DNA from: Euglena gracilis
Taxonomy: Eukaryota
DNA length: 64,000 bases
Assembly (NCBI GenBank): GCA_039621445.1
Contig: CP154954.1
Coordinates: 42,902,632-42,966,631 of the forward strand
Reading direction: 5' to 3'
The notes beneath the pieces are model-generated. The model was not told where the DNA came from and ran no database searches. It was given only the letters and a program-made list of their open reading frames with translations. This document shows positions 50,511-61,518 of the stretch, piece after piece (the first letter of the stretch is position 1; each line of letters opens with the position of its first letter). The position numbers were made by a program, and so were the translations under genes.

Positions 50511-53241
50511 CTTAGGCGGCCTAACTCGCACTTAAGGTTTTCATTTTTAGCTTGCGCTTTGGCGCAAATTTTCGATTTCGTTGAGACCCGGCGGTAGAAC
50601 CCACCCTTTTGACCCTCTGGTTCCGCGGAGACCCTCCACGGTGGCGTGTGCATCATTTTCCGATGTCGGAACCCGGGGAACAGGCCCAATTTTGGTGTTT
50701 TTCGGCCTGTGCACCATTTTTTAAAAGGTCCAAAACCCTGGGTTTGACCGCTGAGACACGTGAATTTTCCCAAAAATGGGCCAAAACCCCCGGTGTGAGT
50801 CCCTCGTTTTTGAAGCCTTGACAGTGTTCCCCGGATGGTGCCACACAGTCCGGGTGACAATTGGCCCTTTTTGTTGCTTTTTTGGCTCTGTGATATGTCC
50901 GTGAAGAGTTTGGTTGCTGAGGCATCCAGAGGGTGGACTCTACATGCACGTTGTGAAAAGTTGGAAAAAACGGCGTGTCACAGAGTTGTGATCCCTGGGT
51001 GCTTGAAGCGTGAGGAGCGGTACAGCGGGAACCACTCTGGTGGGGGGGGTTGGGGGGACTGAGGACAAGCCTAGGGACCTCTCCCAACGTCTGGTGAGCA
51101 ACGCCAGGCCCCACACTGCCGGGCACAGAAGGCAATGGTTAAGGACATTTGCGCTTAAGCGCAAATTTTTAGCTTGCGCTTAAGCGCAAGTTAAAAAATT
51201 TGCGCTTAAGCGCAAGCTAAAACAGAAGCCGCTGAGTTTATGGGAGTCCCTCTGATGTGTTACGGTGTGTCGGGGGCCCCTCTCTGAACGGCCAGAGTGC
51301 AGGCTTGGTGAGGAAATACCTTGCGCCGAAGCGCAAAGGACATGCCTACATAATGCACTGCTTGTTCATCCACATTACACGTCAGCCGCGTGTTTGCACT
51401 TCTCAGTTTTTTGTATGATGGTTTGCGCTTCGGCGCAAGGTATTTCCTCACCAAGCCTGCACTCTGGCCGTTCAGAGAGGGGCCCCCGACACACCGTAAC
51501 ACATCAGAGGGACTCCCATAAACTCAGCGGCTTCTGTTTTAGCTTGCGCTTAAGCGCAAATTTTTTAACTTGCGCTTAAGCGCAAGCTAAAAATTTGCGC
51601 TTAAGCGCAAATGTCCTTTTAAATGGCAGATGTATTTGAATGCCTTCGTGCTGTGTGAGAAGGTGGGGGATAGAGGAGAATGGTGAGGGGGGTTTGTGTG
51701 CTGCTGTGCCAGAAGCTGGGTTGGTGCTTTTGAACTATTCAGGTGCTGGGGAGGAAGTGGTTGTTACAATAAGACGAATGGTGGGCGGTAGGCTGTGGTG
51801 CCTCAGTGACCTTGCACTCGGTGCACAAAGTGGGGTTTTTGGGGATGTTGACAGAAAGGCTTTTTCTGCTGAACAATGCCTCCATCTGCCTGGTGGCATG
51901 TGGCTGTCTGGTGGGTTGCAAAATACCGAAAAAAGGCGTGTCAGCATGTCTTCCCTTCTCCGCCGCTGTTGATGGGCCCTTTCAATTTCTCAATTCCATT
52001 CGCTCATCCCCAAAGTTCTGTGCTTCAAATCCTGGGCGAGGAAAGGGGGGTGACGAGCTTCTTTAAAACACCCTTTCGACGCCTAAAACTGTTTCCTCGG
52101 CTGTGGTTCCCAGGGTTTATCTGGTACCTGTTCTTTTCCACACAGGTATTTTCCGACTTTTAAAAGTCGGCCAAAGAGAAGGGCCCCTCAGGCACGCTTA
52201 AGTGCGAGGCAAGTGGGAGGAACCTCCGGCACTGGAAGTTGGGTTTACAACGCATAGGACAAGGCACGTCTGGCTGTCAAGAAGTTGGTGGTTGTTTTCA
52301 CAGACCAGGGGGTTGGCTTCCTGTCCCAGGCAAGGCTTCCCTCCATCTGAGCTCTGTCCGCTCTGGTGATGAGATGCTTCCAGGACTGCTCTCTCCACCC
52401 GCAGTGATAAAAATGGAAAATACAACTTGATGGCTGTTGCGCCAAAGCGCAATGGGTAGGCTCATGAAGAATGGAAATTTAAGAGTTATATTGCGCCAAA
52501 GCGCAAGTAGAAATGCACTTTTAAAATTGTCAAAGCAACGTGGCTCTTGCGCCGACGCGCAATGTTGACCAGTTTTAAGTCAACGTGACTGAGAGTAGGC
52601 TTCCGTCCCCCTGTTCTACATTTTTGTGCTCCATCCCCTCTGGTGGTCTTACTCTACCAGGGCCGTTCTCTCCCTGCGTTGTGAGATAAGTTTTAACCAG
52701 TTATATTTGCGCTTCGGCGCAAGCCATGTTGCTTTTGCAATTTTAAAAATTGTATTTCTATTTGCGCTTTGGCGCAAGGTAACTCGTAAATTTCCATTCT
52801 TCATGAGCCCACCCCTTGCGCTTTGGCGCAAATGGAAACACACGTTGACTCAAAAGTTGTTATCATTGTTCAAATGCGGCAATGGTCACCCACGTGTTTA
52901 ATCACAAAAAAGTCAAAAATTTGCGCCAAAGCGCAAATGGTTTTATTTTTTGTAATTTCAAAAATTTGCGCCAAAGTGCAAATGAGTAATGGAGTCCCCT
53001 CGTTTCATCACCCGCCGCCTTGTGTTCATGCACACTGGGACTCGGGAGCGCTGTGCCTGTGGACCGTGGAGTTCCTAGTCGTTGCTTTCGTCCTCAGGCC
53101 CTGGGGTGCAGGGAGACACTATTTTCAGACTGTCTCGAGTCTCAGGCCACGGTGGTCGAAAACCAAACTTTTTTTGGGATTTGCGCGTCGGCGCAAATTT
53201 ACAGTCACTTTCAAAGCTAAGTGCGAGTTAGGCCGCCTAAG
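50511..53241. mobile_element. 2.7-kb non-autonomous TIR element, copy 1, 5-bp TSD
   Basis: TIR CTTAGGCGGCCTAACTCGCACTTA; TSD AGTGG at 50506-50510 and 53242-53246; colinear with 56152-58631. Confidence 0.9.
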
Positions 53242-53399
53242 AGTGGCCGTACTTTTGGGTTGGCCAGGGTTTAGAAAATGCCGACTTTTCCTCCTCCGCC
53301 ACCCACCCCCTGGAAACCACCCACTTGTCCTCGCGGTGACCGGGCGTTGCCCCACCACCTATTCCGCCCAGACACTGTTTCCCGGAGCGGGATTGCCCG

Positions 53400-53740
53400 G
53401 CGCCGCCCTGCCCTGCCAACCTCCCCCTCCGCCCCGGCGCCGTCCTCGCCGCGGCGCCGCCCCGCCCCCCGCCCCCCGCCGCGGCCGACGCCTTCGACGC
53501 GGCCGCCGGGGCCGCCCAGACTACCACCCCGGGCGCCACGCAGGGACCACCGGCGGCGGCGGGGGCGGCGGTGGCAGCGGCGGCGCTCGTCCTGTTGGCG
53601 GCGGGCTACGTCGGGGTGGGGCGGCGGCCGACCCGCCCGGCGGCGGGGCCGTGGCTGCGGGAGGAGGAGGAGGGGGGGAATGGCACTGGCGTCCGGGTGT
53701 CCCCGGCGCACGGGGGGCCCGATCGCTGGCGTGGCAGAGA
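53400..53740 (+). CDS. Probable exon encoding an Ala/Pro-rich linker, a transmembrane segment and a charged tail
   Basis: GC-rich open frame ...AAAGAAVAAAALVLLAAGYVGVGRRPTRP...REEEEGG; gene assignment uncertain. Confidence 0.45.
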
Positions 53741-54237
53741 ATTGTGCATATTGGTGTGCGGATGCTCTTGGCTCTGAGGCTCTTCCAGCCCATGTCCTCT
53801 GACAGGTCAACCACCTCTGGGGACCCCTGATAGTTTCAATGGGGGTCAACAAACGACAGTGCATGCAGGAGGTTCGAGGGGTCTTCCTTCAAAGGTACTG
53901 GAGGCCCCCGGCGTGACGCCAAGAGGAGGGGTTGGCAGAAAGGCTGCGCCAGCCCCAGGTCTCTGGACCCTCCCATCGCAGAATGAGCTAAACTGCGGCC
54001 CCATTCTGTCTGTGGGTGGCGGACTCGATCGGTGCCCTGAGGTTGTGTGCCCACCGGACCGCCGAAGGCACCCGCAGGGGACTGCGGGGCCCGCTGTGAG
54101 CCCGTCGGCCCCCGCGACCAGGACCGGCCTCCCAAGCCATACCCTTTGGCAACACTCTGAGCCAGGACGAAGCTCGCAGTTGGCAGAAGACGATCCAAGG
54201 CGGAGGAAGCAAGAGCCTGGTCGTTCCACATTGGGGG

Positions 54238-54405
54238 CAGGCTTCTTTTTAAGTCAGAAGACCCCCCCCCCCGCCGAAATTTTTTTGAAAATTGTTTTTA
54301 ACGGGCCCGATTTTAGCCCCCCCCCCCCAGGGGGGTCCTGCGCCACCTGGGTGGGTGGGGGGGGGACCCCCCCTCCCCCCCCCCGGGGTCTTAAAAAGAA
54401 GCCTG
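54238..54405. mobile_element. hAT-type MITE (CAGGCTTCTTTTTAAG family), 8-bp TSD
   Basis: Same TIR as 8220-8509; TSD ATTGGGGG at 54230-54237 and 54406-54413. Confidence 0.9.
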
Positions 54406-54849
54406 ATTGGGGGTGGCCACTGAGCGCGTGCCCCCCCCCCAATGGTGCACTGCATGCACCAGAACTCACCACAGCCCCCCTCCAATCGCAGCGGGGGGAG
54501 GCGGCAAGGCCCAGGCCGCCCTGCCCGCAGCCAGTGAGCTGCAGTGCACTCACATGACCCCGGTGGGCCGCACCGCCCGCCGCACCACGCCGCGCCTTCC
54601 CGCCGGGCGGTCGCCGGTGGCGGTGCCCCAGCCCCCAGGCGAGGATGTAGGGGGCATGCCCTTGCGTGGGGTGGTCCGACCCCCCCCCCAGGGGTGACTG
54701 ACTGGTTTTTGGCTCCGGATCCAGCCCCAGAAGTGGCACACCAGAATCAATTCAAAAAAAAAAAACTTCACCAGGGTCTTCTGGATTTGGGCCATTTTTG
54801 CTTGAGCACCAGAGTGATCGGTTGGCTTCTATTCTTGACTGAGAGAGAG

Positions 54850-55305
54850 CAGGGGGGGGGAAATGCGTTTCGCATTTTTTCGCATTTTTGCGCATTTTTT
54901 GCGCATTTTTTCAAATTTTCCAAAAATGCGCATTTTTGCGCATTTTTTGCGCATTTTTTCGTTTTTTTCAGCACATTTTTTTGCTTTTTGGCACATTTTT
55001 TCGTGATTTTCCAAAATTTTCGCATTTTTTGACCATTTTTGCAATTTTTTGCAAAAATTTGAAATTTTTTGACTTTTTTTGAAACGTACATTTTCCTCAT
55101 TATTCTACATAATTTCTTCAAATTTAGTGCCATTTTTGCATGTTTTTGGGTAATTTTTGCATTTTCGTGATTTTTGCACATTTTTTCTCGGATTTTGCAC
55201 ATTTTTGCGCATTTTTTCCAAAAATGCGCATTTTTTGCGCATTTTTTTTGCGCATTTTTGCGCATTTTTTCCGAGGCCGGGCGAGCGCATTTCCCCCCCC
55301 CCCTG
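54850..55305. mobile_element. CAG(G)nAAATGCG MITE inserted in a (GA)n tract
   Basis: Same ends as the 33147 and 46034 copies; flanks GAGAGAG on both sides. Confidence 0.75.
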
Positions 55306-56151
55306 GAGAGAGAAAGGCCGAGTTGTGTTCCTCACTCTTGTCATGTGTCCCCTCCGTTGTGGAAGCTTTGAGACCTCCACGGACCGGATTTCCCCATCCC
55401 TCACCACAGGCAGGCCCCAATGCATTCGGGGGAGGGGTTGCATGGCCGTCGCCTGCGCCTGTCCCTCCGCCGCGGTCCCATCCACATCCCCGTCCGCCGT
55501 CCCGCGGGTGTTTGCATTCGGCCCGCGGCGACCCCCTGCCGACCTATGCCCCGCCCCGCCCCGCCCACCCCTGCGGTGGTCCGGGGCCGGGGCAGGCCCG
55601 CATCGCCCAACTCCCCCCCCCCCCGCCGCCTGCCCACTCGGATCCTCCTGGTTGCCGCAAGCAACTGCTCCCCTGGGGCCTGCCTTTGGGGGCCGGGCGG
55701 AAGCATGAGCGCTGTGCCGAAGGCCCTTGTGCACCGCTGAGGGGGATTCGGAACGGGGACTAGGCCGGGGTTGGGGGGCACCTTCCTGGCCAGAGGTCCT
55801 GTGACTGGGATTTCATTTTCAGAAGCCCCATAACCACAGAAGAGGCCAAATCGTGACACACGTTGAAATTGGGGGAAATCGAAGATGGTGCAATTACCCG
55901 AGATGTGATGCCGCATGGGTCAGGGCAGGGAAGATTGCTATCGAAGGAGTTGAAAGGTTGCATTGGCACCAGGCTTCTTTTTTAAGTCAGAAGACCATCC
56001 CTGGGGGGGGTCTGGGCTAGACCTCCCCCCTGGGGAGGGGGTCCCGGGTCGGAGGCCCAGGTGGGAGTTTCAACGCGAAGCGGCGATAATGATTTGGGAA
56101 TGTCCTCAGACGGTCCCCCAGGGAGTCCTGCGCCTGGCTGGGTGGGTGGGG

Positions 56152-58631
56152 CTTAGGCGGCCTAACTCGCACTTAAGGTTTTCATTTTTAGCTTGCGCTT
56201 TCGCGCAAATTTTCGATTTCTTTGAGACCCAGCGGTAGAACCCACCCTTTTGACCCTCTGGTTCCACGGAGACCCTCCACAGTGGCGTGCATCATTTTCC
56301 GATGTTGGAACCTGGGGAACAGGCCCAATTTTGGTGTTTTTTTGGCCTGTGCACCATTTTGAAAAAGGTCCAAAACCCTGGGTTTGACCGCCGAGACACG
56401 TGAATTTTCCCAAAATGGGCCAAAACCCCCGGTGTGAGTCCCTCGTTTTTGAAGCCTTGACTGTATTCCCCGGATGGTGCCACACAGTCCAGGTGACAAT
56501 TGGCCCTTTTTGTTTTTTTTTTTGGCTCTGTGATATGTCCGTGAAGAGTTGGCAGCTGAGGCATCCAGAAGGTGGACTCTATGCACACGTCGTGAAAAGT
56601 TGGAAAAAACGGCGTGTCACAGAGTTGTGATTCTTGTGTGCTTGAAGCGCGAGGAGCGGTACAGGGGGAACCACCCAGGTGGGGGGGTTTGGGGGGACTG
56701 AGGGCAAGCCCAGAGACCTGTCCCAACGTCTGGTGAACAACGCCAGGCCCCACGCTGCCGGGAACAGAAGGCAATGTTTATGGACATTTGCGCTTAAGCG
56801 CAAATGTTTTAGCTTTAGCTTCGGCGCAATGTATTTCCTCACCAAGCCCGCACACTGGCCGTTCAGAGAGGGGCCCCCAACACACCGTACCACATCAGAG
56901 GGACTCCCGCAAACTCAGGGGCTTCTGTTTTAGCTTGCGCTTAAGCGCAAATTTTTAATTTGCGCTTAAGCGCAAGCTAAAACATTTGCGCTTAAGCGCA
57001 AATGTCCTTTCAAATGGCAGATGCATTTGAATGCGCTCGTGCTGTGTGAGAAGGTGGGGGATAGAGGAGTATAATGAGGAGGGTTTGAGTGCTGCTGTGC
57101 CAGAAGCTTGGTTGGTGCTTTTGAACTATTCAGGTGCTGGGGAGGAAGTGGTTGTTACAATAAGACGAATCGTGGGCGGTATTCTGTGGTGCCTCAGTGA
57201 CCTTGCACTCAGTGCACAAAGTAGGGTTTTTGGGGATGTTGACAGAAAGACTTTTTCTGCTGAACAATGCCCTCCATTCTCCTGGTGGCATGTGGCTGTC
57301 TGGTGGGTTGCAAATTACTGGAAAAAGGTGTGTCAGCATGTCTTCCCTTCTCCGCCGTTGTTGATGGGCCCTTTCAATTTCTCAATTCCATTCGCTCATC
57401 CCCAAAGTTGTGTGCTTCGAATCCTGGGCGAGGAAAGGGGGGTGACGAGCTTCTTTAAAACACCCTTTCGACGCCTATAACTGTTTCCTCGGCTGCGATT
57501 CCCAGGGTTCATCTGGTACCTGTTCTTTTCCAAACAGAAATTTTCCGACTTTCAAAAGTCGGCCAAAGAGAAGGGCCCCTGAGGCACGCTTAAGTGCGAG
57601 GCAAGTGGGAGGAACCTCCGGCACTGGCAGTTGGGTTTACAACGCATAGGACAAGACACGTCTGGATATCAAGTAGCTGGTGGTTGCTTTCAGACTCCAG
57701 GGGGTTGGCTTCCTGTCCCAGGCAAGGCTTCCCTCCACCTGAGCTCTGTTCGCTCTGGCGATGAGATGCTTCCAGGACTGCTCTCTCCGCCGGCAGTGAT
57801 AAAAATAGAAAATTAAAATTGATGGCTGTTGCTCCACAGGCAAGGGGTAGGCTCATGAAGAATGGAAATTTAAGAGTTATTTTGCGCCAAAGCGCAAGTA
57901 GAAATACATTTTTAAAATTGTAAAAGCAACGTGGCTCTTGCGCCGACGCGCAATGTTGACCAATTTTAAGTCAACGTGACTGAGAGTAGGCTTCCGTCCA
58001 CCTGTACTACATTTTTGTGCTCTATCTCCTCTGGTGTTCGTACTCTACCAGGGCCGTTCTCTCCCTGCGTTGTGAGATAAGTTTTAAACAGTTATATTTG
58101 CGCTTCGGCGCAAGCCATGTTGCTTTTGCAATTTTAAAAATTGTATTCTATTTGCGCTTTGGCGCAACATAACTTTTAAATTTCCATTCTTCATGAGCCT
58201 ACCCCTTGCGCTTTGGCGCAAATGGAAACGCACGTTGACACAAAAGTTGTTATCATTGTCCAAGTGCGGCAGTGGTCACCCACATGTTGAATCACAAAAA
58301 AGTCAAAAATTTGCGCCAAAGCGCAAATGGTTTTATTTTTTGTAATTTCAAAAATTTGCGCCAAAGCGCAAATGAGTAGTGGAGTCCCCTCGTTTCATCA
58401 CCCACCGCTTTGTGTTCCTGCACACTGGGACCCGGGAGCGCTGTGCCCGTAGACCGTGGAGTTCCTAGTCGTTGTTTTCGTCCCCAGGCCCTGGGGTGCA
58501 GGGAGACACTTTTTTCAGACTGTCTTGAGTCTCAGGCCACGGTGGTCGAAAACCAAACTTTTTTTGGGATTTGCGCGTCGGCGCAAATTTACAGTCACTT
58601 TCAAAGCTAAGTGCGAGTTAGGCCGCCTAAG
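56152..58631. mobile_element. 2.5-kb non-autonomous TIR element, copy 2, 5-bp TSD, nested in a CAGGCTTC MITE (55970-58669)
   Basis: Same TIR as copy 1; TSD TGGGG at 56147-56151 and 58632-58636. Confidence 0.9.
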
Positions 58632-58904
58632 TGGGGGGACCCCCCATGGGGGGGTCTTAAAGTCGCCTGCGGCCTGTGTGTCTTGGCTCGGAAAGTCAAG
58701 CAAAAAGTATGCCTTGACCTAACCATCTTCCTTTTTTTCTGATCCAGCCAACCCCTCCCCCTCCCCCCGCACCCAGACGCAACGAAGCGTAATGACGCAA
58801 AAAAAGGTCTTTTAATGCTTGAAATGCTTCAGCTCCAGGGTTTGCAGTGCAGGGCCACGCTTCCATGCCCCCCCCCAGCCCTCCGCCGGCTCCTCCCTCC
58901 TCGC

Positions 58905-58932
58905 CGGCCGCAGCCTCGCCTGTCTCTGCCAG
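58905..58932 (+). promoter_or_regulatory. Putative spliced-leader trans-splice acceptor
   Basis: Pyrimidine-rich tract ending CTGTCTCTGCCAG, 16 nt upstream of ATG 58949 that starts a signal peptide. Confidence 0.45.
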
Positions 58933-58948
58933 GCACCCCCCACTCCAA

Positions 58949-61441
58949 ATGGCCGGGGGGCACTGGCTGCTCGCCACCGCCCTGCTCGCCCTCTGCAGCC
59001 CCGCGGTGGCAGACCACGCTGCTGTATTTGTCATTTCTAAGGCCCATCCGGGGACGGTCTGCAGGGACCCACCCCCCACTCCCTGGAGGTTTGGCGGCAA
59101 GGCCTGCGCCCGCCAGCCTGGCCGCATTGGGAGTGACTCCCTCTCCACCCGTCATCTTGGCCCTCCCGAATTTTTTTGGCGGTTCCCAAAATTCCGCAAA
59201 AAAAAAACCGCCCGGTGTTTTCCCTCCGCCCCGCTTTTCTACCAAGTATTTTTTTTGAACAAAATAGTGTGGCAGGTTTGCGGTTGTGATTGTGGACGCT
59301 GATGTGTATTCACTAACCGCAGTTGACCTTGGGAGACAAGAGACCCTTCCCCCCCAGGGGGCCCCCCAGCGGTGGACGCCCTGGCTTTATGGCCCCGTCC
59401 CGCTTCCGAGTGTCCGGCAAACCGTAAATCAACGGCGGCGTGGGGCAGACCCCCTCACAGCGGCGGACCTCGCCGCGCTGCGGGCGCGGGCCGCGCCAGA
59501 GGGCTGGACGTTCGCCGTGGGGCGGGGCGTCGCTTACGCCACAGGGCCCCCATCCCCCGGGGTCCCGCCAGCCGGCCAGCCGGCCCCCTTTCTCCCGCCA
59601 GCCCAACTTCGCCCGCCTCTGAGCCGGACTCCCCCGGGGACCGCTACGCGACGCCCCGCCGTGGGTCGCAACGCCGCCACCGGCCGCCGCCTCGCGGACC
59701 TCACCGGCCTCGCCCCGCCGCCGGACTTTGTGGAGGCCGCCGCGCCCAGGGCGGCGATGGGGGAGGGGGGGAATGGCAGGGGGCGGCGTTGCTCTTCCTT
59801 CCCCCCTTCGGCTGCCCCGGGCGATGCCGCCTGCGGATGCCCCCCACAAGGATCCCACCCACTCAAGTGTCCTGCGGGTTCGATCCATTTTTGGGCGACT
59901 TTCTCTTGGTACCTGAAAGATTATAAAACTTGAGACAATCCAGAAGATAAATGGAATTGGCGAAAAATGCCCCCTGTTTTTGAAAGTGGACGTACCCCTT
60001 CCCTTCCGGCCCCCCCAATGTTGTTGAACATGGGGAGGGCACAAAAGATGTTCCAAAAAAAGCTCAATATTTGGGGGTTTCCTGGCTTATTTTGGAATAT
60101 GTTGCCTGACGTATTTTTTCCCATTTCAAACTTGAGCAAGTTGAAATACGGATTGCAAATACTGCAAACAAAAGATACCAAAGTCCTGAATGGTATAGTT
60201 TATAATATTAAGCACTGCGAACATGGCAATCTTCGTGTTGAGGAAAACCCCTTCACAAAAAACACAGAACCCTCCTCCCTGAGGGTCTTGATATTCCACC
60301 CCAACGTAGAACCAGGGTTGTTTTCAGGGGGCTGGGGTTGGTTTTGTTCCAGAATGTCCCAAGCACTCAAATTGCATCAATATTTTGGATCTCCAGTTCC
60401 CCCCTATTTTTTTCCCGATTACTTTCCTGGGCAGGGGTTTTTTTAGTCGTGGACCCCCGGGGGGGGGGTAGGGTGGATGGGTCCGGCCGAGCCCCCCCCC
60501 CCCCTGGGGGGTGTCCCCCCGGAGGGGGGTGGGATATACTTTTTGGCGCCGCAGGCGCCGAAAAAATTCTAGTTTTAGCACTTTTCGCGATTTTTCGGCC
60601 ATTTTTTTTGTGGGTCCCCCGGGACCCCTCCCTGGGGGGGGGGTGGGTGGGTGGGGGGGACCCCCCCTCCCCCCGGTCTTAAAAAAACCCCTGTTCCTGG
60701 GAGTGCAATCCAAATGAATGCATCTCCAGGTGTATTGCACTGCAAATGTTTCCTAGAACCTGGAGGCCTCCCAACCCCCCACACACCATAACCTGGGAGG
60801 TGCCCCCCCCCCCAGAGGGTGTCCCAGATGTCCCCCTGAAAGCGACGCTGCCCGCCACAGAGACGACGGATCTGGCCAGCCCGCTGCCGGAGGAGTTTGA
60901 CTGGCTGGTCTTTGTGCAGCAGTGGTACGGGGTCCTGGGGCAGCCTGACCAGACGGCAATTGTCCCGCCTTCCGTCTGGCAGAGCATCCCGTCAATGAGT
61001 TGCCAATTTCCCGTTGTGTGGTTGGCTTGTGTTGTTCTCCATCGTTCTGAAGTTGACAGCATGAGGTTAACTAAAAGTTGTTGACCCGCCCCCCACAATG
61101 GAGAGTCTGTGGAATGGAGTGGACAACCCCCCCAGAGGAGGGGTTCCTCCATTTTCGCCTGAAAGGTTTTTGGGTTGGGTTAGTGAGTGAGTGGGTGGAG
61201 GCTCAGAAAGAAACTTTGGCATGTGTATGCGTAGTGTGTGTGCATTGTGTTGTGTGTGTGTGTGTGTGTGTGTTGTGTGGTGTATGTTGTGCTGTGCTGT
61301 GTTGCTCTGCACTGTGCTGCGTTTGGATGAGTTGAGCTTAGTGGTGAATGTGCATGATGTGAGTTGTGTGAATGTGCACATTTTGTGGGGGGTGTGAGTG
61401 TGTGAGTGAGTGAGTGAGTGAGTGTGTGTGTGTGTGTTGTG

Positions 61442-61518
<77 letters not shown>

